Source of the DNA: Lingula anatina
Lineage: Eukaryota; Animalia; Brachiopoda
Assembly (NCBI GenBank): GCA_051362555.1
Contig: CM120642.1
Coordinates: 24,428,001-24,492,000, forward strand
Direction of reading: 5' to 3'
Length of the DNA: 64,000 nt
The notes beneath the pieces were generated by a model. It was not told where the DNA came from. It worked only from the letters and a program-made list of their open reading frames with translations, and searched no databases. This document shows, one piece after another, positions 1 to 13,196 of the stretch. Position 1 is the first letter of the stretch, and the number at the start of each line of letters is the position of its first letter. The position numbers were made by a program, and so were the translations under genes.

Positions 1-451
1 ATATATTCTCCGAGTACGTACCTGGGGCTCGTACCTGGGACTGGCTTAAACCAAATTACCCCACCTCTGGTGACTTTTTTAGGTGGACGAGATCAAAAGA
101 GCCAAATAACAGTAATGTACCACAACTATTTCTTCAACTTTAGAATCGTTACCTGATCTCCCTTTTCCGTCAGCTTTAAGTGGGTGGATATTTATTATTT
201 AAAATCTATTACTTTGAAGAGACCTTAGTTTCTTATTTAGACTTCTCTTTCATGGTTTGGATTTACATTTAAGATCGAAAATAAATAGTGTAACACTACC
301 GCTATATTACTGTTTACTGGATTTATATCCCTGTACTGTACCAGACCATGTGACCCCAAGGTTTTCTTTCCTTTTTCTTTTTTTAACTACCTTTTTTAAA
401 CTAATCATGGCACGTGTAGGTCTACCTTTCTCCTGTATTTGAAGGTCTTTG

Positions 452-560
452 CCACTGGCGGTTTGAGTTGTTTTGGACCGTCTCATCTGCTGTCTTTAAA
501 AAACCACAGGAGGGGATCTGCACCAAACAAACTAGCTGCCTGCTGCCTGTCAGTGCCAGT
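452..560 (+). pseudogene. Decayed relic of a CysD exon from an older paralogue
   Basis: Translates RRGSAPNKLAACCL versus WRGSAPDKLAANCL in the functional exon 3575-3788, and the DNA aligns by eye. Relic copies at ~17120-17220 (-) and ~35050-35150 (+). Confidence 0.6.
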
Positions 561-690
561 TGTAATTTATTTCTTGTCAATGGACTCTTTGCCCAACACG
601 ATCGAATTAATTAATTACGTCAACAACAATTGTACTTATGCAACAAGCATTAACATCCCATAGCTGTACATTGTCATACATGGTCCACGT

Positions 691-691
<1 letters not shown>

Positions 692-729
<38 letters not shown>
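692..729. repeat. (TAA)n microsatellite
   Basis: Directly visible. Other simple repeats: (GT)n ~19320-19352, ~32448-32480, ~43434-43474, ~49614-49648; (CT)n(AT)n ~40036-40098. Confidence 0.95.
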
Positions 730-2379
730 TTATTCGAGCATTAAATGTGACAGTAACATTTGTTAGCCCTCTATACTACAAATAGATAAATGTTTTAAAG
801 GTTATACCCAGACAAACTCAACGAGGTAAAAGAGTGCATTTTGTTTTGGTACTGATAACGCAGGATTTCGGTGGGAACCCGACCAATAACTTGAATGCTC
901 CTCGCTTTTTATTTGTCATTTGTCTCACCAGTTATCCACGCTGCCGAGTTCCATATAGGTAGTTGATAAAGACTATCAGGTTGGATGAATACAAAGAAAG
1001 GCTTGAAAGAGAAAAGGGGTGTTTATATGTTGAAAATCCGAAATATAAAGGTCAAAATCAGAAAAAAAATTTTTTTAAAAAGTTATGCAAGGTGCACATG
1101 TACTTCTTTTAGAACTAACGTTATCTGCAATAAACTCTTCTTCCAGTCGTTACAAATTTTGATAATAATGATCATTTTACACTAGAGAGTATTTGTGAAA
1201 ACGGATGGGGGGGGGGGGGGGGGGGTATCTGGGTCACAACGGCCTGGCACTCATCGTCAAATGATGCAACTTTTTGTAGATCAAATTATTTCTGTGCGCG
1301 CTCTAACCTTCACTTCTGAAAATATAACTATATGCATCTTATGCAGTTCGTCTCTTTCAAATTTAAACAGTGACCTAGACACTCCTGCGGCACCTGTGCG
1401 GAATTTTGAGGCTGGCGCGACAGATATGACGAATTAGAAAATGCAATTTTGATGACATGTTTTCGGTGTTGAACTTTCCTGATTGGTTAATAAGCGAACA
1501 CTGTTGTGTCACCCCCTCGTTTTTCACTAACCTTCTTCAGTTTTATCAACAAACCCGTTTATATAATTTAAATATGTTAAGAAGAAAACTCTGCCGAACA
1601 AACACAAAGTTTGCAGCTTATACCTGTTTACAATCGGACGTAGCGGGACAATTTCACCCCCCCCCCCCAAAAAAAAAAAAAAAAAAAGTTGCAAAAAAAG
1701 TAAAAGTGCCGCCAGTGAGGGGAGGACATACAATATTTACTATGAATTGCTAAAAATATTTTTAATACAGACACGTGTACAGTGCAACACGATTCACACC
1801 AATAACTAAATAAAGTGGAATTGGAAAGACAGTGAAATATGGATAAGATAAGCAAGTACGAGTGAATAAGGTTGAATAGAGAAAGTCCTGTTGCTACCAG
1901 TGAAAGGGAATACTTAGGTTTAACGGGACGGAACACGTTAATATCACCAATAAGTTAATAAAGATCATTTCCATTTTTCATTGCCTATCTACATTGATAT
2001 AATATGATGGTGATTTGACTATCATCTATTTGTCATTTGTGTCAAATTTACCATAGCATTACAAAAAGAATGTTTTTTACAAATATTTATTTTGTCACGT
2101 TTACAGTGCGCATTTTATTAAATGGTTCACATTACATTTAATTTAACTCTTTGAATGTTTGTATTTTAACCACAAGTTGATGCTTTAATTGTTAGTAAAA
2201 AAAATGTACCGCCGGCAAGTATATTATTTCTAGAAAATTATTTTTTTTTGTTTTTGCTCTATGAAGGTCGAACGCTCATTGTCTGTCTTTAAACGAGTTT
2301 GTGGAAATGAAAATCCCATGATTGTTATGATGATGAAAAGAATAATGATATTAATTTTGGTGTCTGGCATCGCCTGGGG

Positions 2380-2451
2380 ATTGGCCAAAGCTCGAGTTAT
2401 GGTATATAAGCAGTGACCACGACGGACGAATTGGCATTTGAAGAGGTACAG
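2380..2451 (+). promoter_or_regulatory. Putative core promoter and non-coding exon 1 of copy A
   Basis: ATTGG (reverse CCAAT) at ~2380, TATATAA 2403-2409, donor CAG|GTAAGG at 2451/2452. The TATA and donor are conserved in all five copies (TATA at 15578-15584 on minus, 20255-20261, 37202-37208, 42569-42575). Confidence 0.65.
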
Positions 2452-2748
2452 GTAAGGCACTGTAAGAACAGCTCGCGGGGGAGTTTTATTCACTATTATG
2501 AGCAAGGGAATAAGATAAGTCATGCAATGGCTCGTTTTGATGATTCAAATAGAAGAGTTTTAAGAAACATTGCTCTCACTACAGAAAAAAAGAAATTTTG
2601 AGTTGAAAGTCATTATCTTGGATCTTCTGAGATTGAAAACAAAATGTATACTTAAAGACTCAAACAAGCGAAAGGGTGTCACAAATTCTTTTCGTATTTT
2701 TATATGTCTGCTTACAGGTAACAATTTTGTTTTCACAGCTAGTGTTCA

Positions 2749-4787
2749 ATGGAAACTACAATGGTGCTTTTCGCCGCGTTGTGTCTTTCTGTTGTTGTTC
2801 AAGTACAAGGTATGTGCGCCTCGAATTCATTTTTTTTTCTATTATTTGTCCAAAACAAAATTCATCCTCGGTGGCAATGATTTACTGACTACAAAACAAG
2901 GAGTGCATAATGCAAAAATATACCTTTTTTTCTTGAAAATGCATATAACTAATTGTGTAAGTTAAAGAAAAAAGGACTAAAATTTGTTCCTTTGGGTTTT
3001 GATTGCGTGTTATGAAGCTAATTTTTTTAAAGACGATATTGTTTCGAAAAAGCAATTCAGAAGACCAAAATGGTTGTTTATTTATTTATTGCACAGGTCA
3101 CAGTTGGTCCAGATGGTACGATCGCGACGACCCTTCGGCTACCGGCGACTGGGAAACTGTCGCTGATCTGCGGGTATGTGAAGTTTTTCTTTTCTGTTTG
3201 AACATCTTTACTTGTTGAATGGCGGATGCAGGGTCTTGCTGTGTGTGTGGATGGGTGGTTGGGGGTGGGGGGTATATGTAGGTATAAAGAGCGGAAAGAT
3301 GTAGCCAATAAGAAATAGTTGTTGATGAGTACAATCACATTGTCTTACATAGTTCTCAGGTTTGAAAACGTTGGCGTGTTTTGTCTCGCTCTCTTTTGTT
3401 ATAGTGATATCTGGGAGAGAATGAAAGGTGATGTTGAAGCCACTTTGAACCACAAATACGTCATTGTTACTCATAGCAGTGATAGTTAACTGGGTTTGAA
3501 TGCCTACACGGTTTTGAGCGGCTATCAAAGAAGAGAAAGGGCTGCACTCCCATTAATTTCTCTATCAATTTCAGAAATCTCACTACATTTGTGGTGGCTG
3601 CAAGCCGATTGGGGCCGAGTGTCGTGTTAAAGGCTCCTCTACTGTCTTCACGCGCTGGAGGGGTTCTGCACCCGATAAGCTCGCTGCCAACTGCCTCCCA
3701 ACAACTGGTTTGATATGCAAGAACGCCGATCAAGGCTCTGGAGGCTACTGCAAGGACTACGAGATACGGTTTCTCTGCCCTTCTACAAGTAAGAATGACT
3801 TAAATCAACCCATTTTAATATATTTTAATTGAAAACTAACAGTTAAAAACGTGTTATCTTAATTGAAAACTAAAAGTGAAAATAATTAAGTGCTTTGCTT
3901 TAGACATTTATACTTCCGTTATGACTTCTGGGACCGGTTTTTAGAATGCTTGTCGTTATCATCATTATTTTAATTTTATCATCATTACTTACGTTTTACA
4001 TTTGTAGAGGTGGAAACGGGACCGTATTTAGACAGAGATGACCCAAGTGCAACTGGAGACTGGGAAAGCGTGTCTAGTTTTCGGGTAATCAAAAATTTAG
4101 TTTTTTAAATCTACGCATTGGAATTGTGAAAAAATGAGATTTCAAATCATACACAATTGCGACCTGAGTCTTTTCTGAATATCTAAATACTATAAAATAT
4201 TTTGTACGTTTATTTTGTAAAAAAAGATTAGAAAAGATTTAATGCATAATAAGCAGTCCTGCTAAAACCTTAACATTGAAAAACCGAAAAGCTTGTTCAC
4301 AGCAATTTGTTTATTAGATACAGACAAATTATCATTATTCAGACATGTCCGTGAATAAGCACTGACAAAGATTACAGCTATGGTTCAGCAGATGAGCCTA
4401 TATTTTTTTAAAAACAACTTATTTGCTTGTGAAGAAATCTGGCAAAGAAGAAAGTATAAGGTCAATACGGGTGTTTCAAATCTGCGAGAAATAACCGTAG
4501 GACTTATTTTTTCTGTGCAGATAACTGACAATAACAACATTTGCCGTGGTGTGCGACCCCTTTGTACGCTCTGCCGTGACAAGAGCGACAAGACGCCATA
4601 TTACAGCACTGGGGACAAGTTCAATGACGGGCTGGCGTGTGGCTGGGACACTGGACTCGTGTGTACCACTGAAGTGAACGGCAAATACTGTAAAGATTAC
4701 GAAGTGCAGTTTCGCTGCCCTGTCATCGGTAGGTAAATTTTTTATCCCAAACTACAGTTCTGATGTGTGTCAGTTTCGTCGTGTTTA

Positions 4788-4847
<60 letters not shown>

Positions 4848-7800
4848 TGAATTCATTACTTGGTACAATATGGAAATATTAAGCTTGTCCGCCTCGTCTC
4901 TGAACCACAGGCTTGTAAACATTGCGGCGGAGTACTGTGACACTTTAAAATTTCGAATGGAATTGAACCTCTCTCCCCTCGTGTAAACAGTATGTACGCG
5001 CACGTGCGCGCGCGTGTGTGTGTGCACGTGTGCATCATACTCGTATATGTGTAGGTGCGTGTGTCCGCGTTCAATAATTCCTGCCCGCGTGCCGGGACAG
5101 AGGAAGAGTAGCGTTAGTGGTATGGTGATTGGGTAGGTGTAAATTGTAGAGAATGTATGCTATACCAGTTGTTATAGGTATTTTAACGCCAATAAGAAAC
5201 GCACTTCCAAAGTGTACATTAACACCCCATACTGTTTCAGGCAAGGCCAACCGTATCTAAAACTCAAAAAGGTAACAGAGTGAGCCTGATAACATGAAAA
5301 CTCGGTGGGAACAATGAAAATCTAAGAGTCTGTGGTGCTTTTTACATCATTTTTCATTCATCGGTTGATTACTCTTTTGACTTTTGAACGCAGGCATTAG
5401 TTTGTCTTCTTTCCACGCGTTAGTTATAGACTGTAACAGACGCGAGGAGGTGACATGAAATGAACAAATAAGATGACAAATTAAAAAAATGTCACATGCC
5501 ACGCGCACGCAACACTACGATAGCACAACGCAACACTAAGATAGCACAGCTACATTCTATTTATTTTGGTTTGTTGCAGTATTTGTCCTGTGATATTCAC
5601 AGGATATTCACGGAAACGTCTCAATATGCAGTATATATGTGACAGAAAAAAACAGCAGTTATTTTACCCCGACCGGTTTCATCGCATCTTCAGTGGGTTT
5701 GTTTATTTTGGTCGATCCAACAAACCCCCTGAAGATGCGATGAAACCGGTCGGGGTAAAATGACTGCCGTTTTTTTATTTCATTTTGTCATATGTATATA
5801 CAAGCACAGGAAAAACACTTTTACTTTCAATATACAGACTTGACATTTAATATGGAATATTTTTTCCAAATCATTGTCATCAGTTTTTTCAATAAGGATT
5901 AAAATCGTGTTTTAATAACTTTTAATTACCTCTTTGATGTCATTGTGACATCAGTTCATTAATGGAATTCGCCAGAGAAGCAAACAAAAACACATTGCTT
6001 ATTCTATGTCATACGACAACAATTAAAATAGATATTTTGGATCTCCATATTTTCCAAATTATTATCTGTAAAAGAGTTACACTCTCCACAAAGGACCCTC
6101 ATGTCAGTGTCTAGTCACAGTAATGGTCGCTGTTACGCCTGGCCTCTTCTGGCTGCTACAAGCGCTTTCAAGTGGCAAGGCATTCCGTGGGATATGTTTT
6201 TAGAGTTCAATCTGGAATAACATTCTAGGCATTGGTCAAAATCTGTCCAATTTGGTCCATTTTTGTTGTAGGACATATAGGCCATTGATTCGGCAAGTAA
6301 TGACCTACCCAAATATCGTCTATGTGGTTCAAATGTGGCGATTTCGATGACCAAGGTAGCTGCTCATTCACTTGGTTTTGTATGTAATCTGCTATTAAAA
6401 GTGGTCTGTGTGAAATGGCTATCTCACTTTGCAACCTAAAATTGTTCCTAAGGTGCCCCCTATCAAATGATGGTCAAGTGGTTCCCAGATTATTCCTTGA
6501 TTTGATCTGGTTCAGGTTTTCGTCAATGACTACCATTGGTGTTTTGGCACCAATGTGGTATCAACTGACGCTGTTAATGACCTTAGTCACTTTAGACGCG
6601 GCACACGCTTCGTCGCTGGTCTCTGCTGGATGTCTGTAAACTCTGTTTCGACTAGTTGAGCGGTTCAGGTGAAATCTGACCTCAATAAAGAAAGCCACGA
6701 AGTTTCAGTGTTCAACCTAGAAACGGACATGGTCCCCAATTCAAAGATGCTTTGCTGTTTACAGTGCGTTCCCCGGAGGTCGTCTGGTAATCTTACCTGC
6801 TAAAACCAGGTTGGTGTTCGCTAAGTTCCTTGAAAATTGCGTTTTGGTGGCAATTTACCCCTCATTCTGAACGAACTGGGTGGTTTTTGTTTAGTTGCAA
6901 CAGCATATCTCGTGGGTCCTGTACCCTAGTGGTAAGATTTCAATTCACAGGATATTCACGGAAACGTCTCAATATACAGTATATATGTGACAGGAAGAAA
7001 TAAAAAAAAAAACAGCAGTTATTTTACCCCGACCGGTTTCATCGCATCTTCAGTGGGTTTGTTTATTTTGGTCGATCCAACAAACCCCATGAAGATGCGA
7101 TAAAACCGGTCGGGGTAAAATGATTGCTTTTTTTAAATTCTTTTTGTCACATATGTATATACAAGTACAGGAAAAACACTTTTACTTTCAATATATATCT
7201 TTTTTTACTTTCTTCCAGTTACGGCGTTACTGTTTATGGCTATAATGGGATTGTAATTGTCTTTTAGGAACTTGCACGACATGCGGAAACGCACGCTGGA
7301 CGAACTGGCTGAACAGAGACATTCCCACTGCTACCGGAGATTGGGAGAACGTCGGACCAACAGGGCACAACCCGGTATTGCTATTTTCTCGCATTTAGTT
7401 AATTAATTGCTGTTCCATTGCCTTATTATGATCTACCCTGTAAATTTTAAAACAACGATCCCATTTTTATGTAGACTATTATCTATTTACCATTTGTATC
7501 CAATTAACTGTAGCACTAACACAAAGCATGATTTTTTCTTATTAATATCATATTTTTCCTCGGTTTAAAGTGCGTTTTCAGTCCACAAAGAACTGAAACT
7601 TTTGAAACAAAATAGCCTACAATGCATTTGATCTGATTTTGATGTCCATATACGAATACAAGAAAATGATGCTATCTTTAAGCAATTGTCTTCTTTTTCT
7701 TATATTTTTCTCTTCTTTTTTCTCTTTTCTTTTCTTTTTTTCCATTTAAATTTATACACTCCTTTTGTTCCAGTGCAACAGCCACGAGCCTATCGACATC

Positions 7801-7956
7801 CAATGTCGCGAAAAATCAACCGAGCAGCCATGGGACCAAACCGGGCAGGTTTTCAAAAACAAGTGCACTCCTTCTGAGGGTCTCGTTTGCGTCAATGCGG
7901 ATCAGGCCTCCGGACAGTCTTGCAAGGACTACGAGGTCCGCTTCCTGTGCCCATAG
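2749..7956 (+). CDS. Secreted triple CysD/WxxW-domain protein, copy A (308 aa, intact)
   Basis: Coding exons 2749-2809, 3097-3173, 3575-3788, 4008-4084, 4521-4728, 7268-7374, 7774-7956. All introns are GT-AG with compatible phases; total 927 nt. Signal peptide METTMVLFAALCLSVVVQVQG. Three repeats of (WxxW)xDRDxPxxTGDWE...C...C...GLxC...CKDYE(I/V)xFxCP, the Mucin2_WxxW/CysD consensus. Confidence 0.93.
4790..4843. repeat. (TA)n microsatellite, shared by A, B (~13138-13194) and C (~22852-22885)
   Basis: Directly visible; not expanded in D or E. Confidence 0.95.
5632..5800. mobile_element. Hairpin MITE (also ~6980-7160, ~12180-12350, ~25310-25480)
   Basis: Near-perfect palindrome GCAGTTATTTTACCCCGACCGGTTTCATCGCATCTTCAG...CTGAAGATGCGATGAAACCGGTCGGGGTAAAATGACTGC in TA-rich flanks. 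Present in A, B and C; not seen in D or E. Confidence 0.75.
5835..6944 (-). mobile_element. Truncated degenerate Tc1/mariner element in an intron of copy A
   Basis: One TIR CAGACTTGACATTTAATATGGAATATTT after TA. Minus-strand WSSKSPHLNHIDDIW matches the Tc1 WPxxSPDLNPIExxW motif. Reverse complement of ~23413-24580. Confidence 0.85.
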
Positions 7957-9040
7957 AAGAATTTAAGTTCTGGGACGAACACTACTTGCACATGGCTTCT
8001 TGTTTTTATCGTTACAATTGAAATATCTTTGCTGATGTAGCCTTTTCATATACTTATCTAGATTAATAAGTCAACATAATAGTAATTGTTTATTATTGAA
8101 ATTTATCTACCGTAAAACTTATTTGAGAGTGAGCTGAAAAAATATACGTCTTCCAAAAGAAAATCAACAAATACCAAATACCAAAATGCAATAACCTGTA
8201 GATGAATTAAAGTAGCAGAACAAGCCTAAAATCAAATAAGTCTTGTGTTTTTATTAGATACAGCGAGACTGGTGACATGAAAGTATGGTAAAGGTGAAGC
8301 TACGGTATTTGAATTACCAAACAGATTACATTAAAATGTGCAAACAAAACAGAAGCTGAAAGTAAAACAACGCAAAATCTCATTCTCTGGTCTGTTTAGT
8401 AACATAAAGGGTCGAATGGGTGAGGGAGGAGCGAGCACACTGTGCCTTTTTTAATATGGTACAACGTGGACCATTTCTCATTATTAATTACAATTTACTT
8501 TTTTACATCAGGCTTCGGTGTCATGCACTTGTCTTTTCACCTCTTTACTTATAGAACCGCCACATACACGTATCAGTGATTTCAAAGTGCTGGGCCCCGT
8601 TTCACAAAAAAAACTTAAGTCGGTTCACCTGACTAAGAGCTTGGTTACCAACGTAATTAAGTCGTTACGTCACTAAGTCCCGTTTCACAAAGAATCTAAA
8701 AGGTCGCTTACGTCGTTTTTTCTTGGCTTCTAGTCGACGATGTCTAGCCTCCTCGGGAGGAGACTTTTGACAGCTAGCTCAACTAAAAGTCGGTAAATTA
8801 AAGCATAAACAACAAAAATTTGGAAAGAACATACCTCCTTCAAGATATAACTCGAGCTAGTCAACTACGGATTTAAGATTCTTACTACAATACGGAACCA
8901 TATACGGCAATGGCTCAATCTTTTCAATGGGAAAAACTGTAAATTCTAAAGATATTGTAGTTTGTTCCATTAACTATTGCTTTTAAGACTTTTCCATTGA
9001 GTCGTAGTAGCAAAAGTGAAAACTAAGCTACTCTGCAGTT

Positions 9041-9460
9041 ACTTTAGATTGACCTAACTCCCTGGGGGTTCACGCTAAATAGCTGTCAGCCGGGCGGACA
9101 CGAAAGCTAATTACCCCCTTACAGCTTGTAGTAGGCGGGACGGAATTTTAAGCCAGATTATCTGACAGTAATCTAGTGAGACTCCCCGCGGGGATAGATC
9201 GATATAAAAGCTCTGGGAATACAGCCTTAGACCCTATTTCCATAGATTTTAGATCGATCTATCCCTGTGGGGAGTCTCACTAGATTACTGTCAGCTTAGC
9301 CGGCTTAAGCGTCTGCCCCGCCCACTGAAAGCTGTAAGGGGGTAATTAACAATGGTGCGCGCTCCGCTGACTGCAATTTAGCGTGAACCCCCAGGGAGTT
9401 AGGTGGATTTAAATCTTAATCCCTGGATCGATCTAAATCTCTGGGAATACACCCTTAGAG
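9041..9460. mobile_element. Stacked Harbinger-type MITEs at the A/B junction
   Basis: Reverse complement of ~28373-28790, cut at 9041. Confidence 0.75.
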
Positions 9461-11340
9461 GTCACGGGAAACTCGCCAGAAGTATAAAGGTACATGTAGT
9501 TTCAAACTGACCTATATGAAATACAGGGTGCTTTGCGGCCACCACACAAGAAGTATGTGGTATTCTTATTTTCACATCGTAGTGTTTTTTCTTCCGGGTT
9601 GGAGAATGGGGCTGACAGGGATTTGGAACCGGAGGACACGTATGAATCAATATGAGGCTTATAGCTACTGTACATTAAATTAATGTCAATAGAGGTCATC
9701 AGTGGAATACAATTTTTTATTCTATATTCGAAAAAAAAAAACAGGTGCGATTTTTCTGACAGGGAAGCCTCAGCTGATTTATACCTTGGATTCCTTGGAC
9801 ACAGACAATTAAAGGTAATTTACAGAAAAAAGCAGTGTGTTGAATGCCTTCTTGTGTTTGGTAAAAAAACTGCGAGTGTACAGACAATATTTCCATCTAA
9901 ATGGATTTTATCCGTAAATATTTTATTCAAATTCTTTTTATATCTTGTTAAAGACGAATTTATTTAACAGTAGTAGATGTGAGCTACATTAATGAGGCTG
10001 ACTGACCTAATAAACGGTGCAAGGCATATCAATTGTCCTAAGGTCTCTTTTCAAAACTAGAGCATCAATATTTTCTCGATTCAGTTTAATGTCTTGTCAT
10101 AGACGTTGCATGCAGTGACACAGACCCTTAAGTTTGCGATTAGGGCAATGAGTCGACGTATTCAATTACGAAATTATCAGCCTTTCAGATCAATAATTTT
10201 AACATTAAAATTCTATTTTAAGATAGTGTTTGTGGTGCTTTTACGGTATAGAATAGAACTGCAGAGTAGCTTGGTTTTCACTTTTGCTACTTCGACTCAA
10301 TGGAAAAGTCTTAAAAGCAATAGTTAATGGAACAAACTACAATATCTTTAGAATTTACAGTTTTCCCCATTGAAACGATTGAGCCATTGCCGTATATGGT
10401 TCCGTATTGTAGTAAGAATCTTAAATCCGTAGTTGACTAGCTCGAGCTATATCTTGAAGGAGGTATGTTCTTTCCAAATTTTTGTTGTTTATGCTGTAAT
10501 TTACCGACTTTTAGTTGAGCTTGCTGTCAAAAGGCTCCTCCCGAGGAGGCTAGACATCGTCGACTAGAAGCCAAGAAAAAACGACGTAAGCGACCTTTTA
10601 GATTCTTTGTGAAACGGGACTTAGTGACGTAACGACTTAATTACGTTGGTAACCAAGCTCTTAGTCAGGGAAACCGACTTAAGTTTTTTGGTGAAACGGG
10701 GGCCAGCACTTTGAAATCACTGATACGTGTATGTGGCGGTTCTATAAGTAAAGAGGTGAAAAGACAAGTGCATGACACCGAAGCCTGATGTAAAAAAGTA
10801 AATTGTAAATAATAATGAGAAATGGTCCACGTTGTACCATATTAAAAAAGGCACAGTGTGCTCGCTCCTCTCTCACCCATTCGACCCTTTTTGTTACTAA
10901 ACAAACCAGAGAATGAGATTTTGCGTTGTTTTACTTTCAGCTTCTGTTTTGTTTGCACATTTTTTAAGTAATCTGTTTGGTAATTCAAATACCGTAGCTT
11001 CACCTTTACCATACTTTCATGTCACCAGTCTCGCTGTATCTAATAAAAACACAAGACTTATTTGATTTTAGGCTTGTTCTGCTACTTTAATTCATCTACA
11101 GGTTATTGCATTTTGGTATTTGGTATTTATTGATTTTCTTTTGGAAGACGTGTTTTTAATCAGCTCACTCCCAAATAAGTTTTTCGGTAATTAAATTTCA
11201 ATAATAAACAATTACTATCATGTTGACTTATTAATCTAGATAAGTATATGAAAAGGCGACATCAGCAAAGATATTTCAATTGTAACGATAAAAACAAGAA
11301 GCCATGTGCAAGTAGTGTTCGTTCCAGAACTTAAATTCTT

Positions 11341-13133
11341 CTATGGGCACAGGAAGCGGACCTCGTAGTCCTTGCAAGACTGCCCGGAGGCCTGATCCGC
11401 ATTGACGCAAACGAGACCCTCAGAAGGAGTGCACTTGTTTTTGAAAACCTGCCCGGTTTGGTCCCATGGCTGCTCGGTGGATTTTTCGCGACATTGGATG
11501 TCGATAGGCTCGTGGCTGTTGCACTGGAACAAAAGGAGTTTATAAATTTAAATGGAAAAAAAGAAAAGAAAAGAGAAAACAGAAGAGAAAAATATAAGAA
11601 AAAGAAGACAATTGCTTAAAGATAGCATCATTTTCTTGTATTCGTATATGGACATCAAAATCAGATCAAATGCACTGAAGCCTTTTTTGTTTCAAAAGTT
11701 TCAGTTCTTTGTGGACTGAAAACGCACTTTAAACCGAGAAAAAATATGATATTAATAAGAAAAAATCATGCTTTGTGTAGTGCTACAGTTAATTGGATAC
11801 AAATGGTAAATATATAATAGTCTACATAAAAATGGGATTGTTGTTTTAAAATTTACAGGGTAGATCATAATAAGGCAATGGAACAGCAATTAATAAACTT
11901 AATGCGAGAAAATAGCAATACCGGGTTGTGCCCTGTTGGTCCGACGTTCTCCCAATCTCCGGTAGCAGTGGGAATGTCTCTGTTCAGCCAGTTCGTCCAG
12001 CGTGCGTTTCCGCATGTCGTGCAAGTTCCTAAAAGACAATTACAATCCCATTATAGCCATAAACAGTAACTAGTAACGCCGTAACTGGAAGAGAGTAAAA
12101 AAAGATATATATTGAAAGTAAAAGTGTTTTTCCTATACTTGTATATACATATGTGACAAAAAGAATTTAAAAAACAGTATATATATGACAGAAAGAAATA
12201 AAAAACAGCAGTTATTTTACCCCGACCGGTTTCATCGCATCTTCAGGGGGTTTGTTGGATCGACCAAAATAAACAAACCCACTGAAGATGCAATGAAACC
12301 GGTCGGGGTAAAATAACTGCTGTTTTTTATTTCTTTCTGTCATATATATACTGTATATTCAGACGTTTCCGTGAATATCCTGTAAATATCACAGGACAAA
12401 TACTGCAACAAACCAAAATAAATAGAATGTAGCTGTGCTATCTTAGTGTTGCGTTGTGCTATCGTAGTGTTGCGTGCGCGTGGCATGTGACATTTTTTCA
12501 ATTTGTCATCTTATTTGTTCATTTCATGTCACCTCCTCGCGTCTGTTACAGTCTATAACTAACGCGTGAAAAGAAGACAAGCTAATGTCTGCGTCCAAAA
12601 GTCAAAAGAGTAATCAACAGATGAATGAAAAATGATGTAAAAAGCACCAGAGTCACTTAGATTTTCATTGTTCCCTCCGAGTTTTTATGTTATCAGGCTC
12701 ACTCTGTTACCTTGTTGAGTTTTAGATACGGTTGGCCTTGCCTGAAACAGTATGGGGTATTAATGTACACTTTGGAAGTGCGTTTCTTATTGGCGTTAAA
12801 ATACCTATAACAACTGGTAAAGCATACATTCGCTACAATTTGCACCTACCCAATCACCTTACCACTAACGCTACTCTTCCTCTGTCCCGGCACTCGGGCA
12901 GGAATTATTGAACGCGGACGCACGCACCTACACATATACGAGTATTATGCACACGTGCACACACACACACGCGCGCGCGCGCGTACATACTGTTTACACG
13001 AGGGGAGAGAGGGTTCAATTCCATTCGAAATTTTAAAGTGTCACAGTACTCCGCCGCAATGTTTACAAGCATGTGGTTCAGAGACGAGGCGGACAAGCTT
13101 AATATTTCCATATTGTACCAAGTAATGAATTTA

Positions 13134-13196
<63 letters not shown>

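Noticed and set aside
4380-4736. Track ORFs such as 4380-4736, 7765-7956, 13249-13677 and 39157-39510 as standalone genes
   Set aside because: They are single exons extended into intron sequence, often from non-ATG starts.
4785-5074. ORFs with YIYIYI, HTHT or CVCV runs
   Set aside because: Translations of dinucleotide microsatellites.
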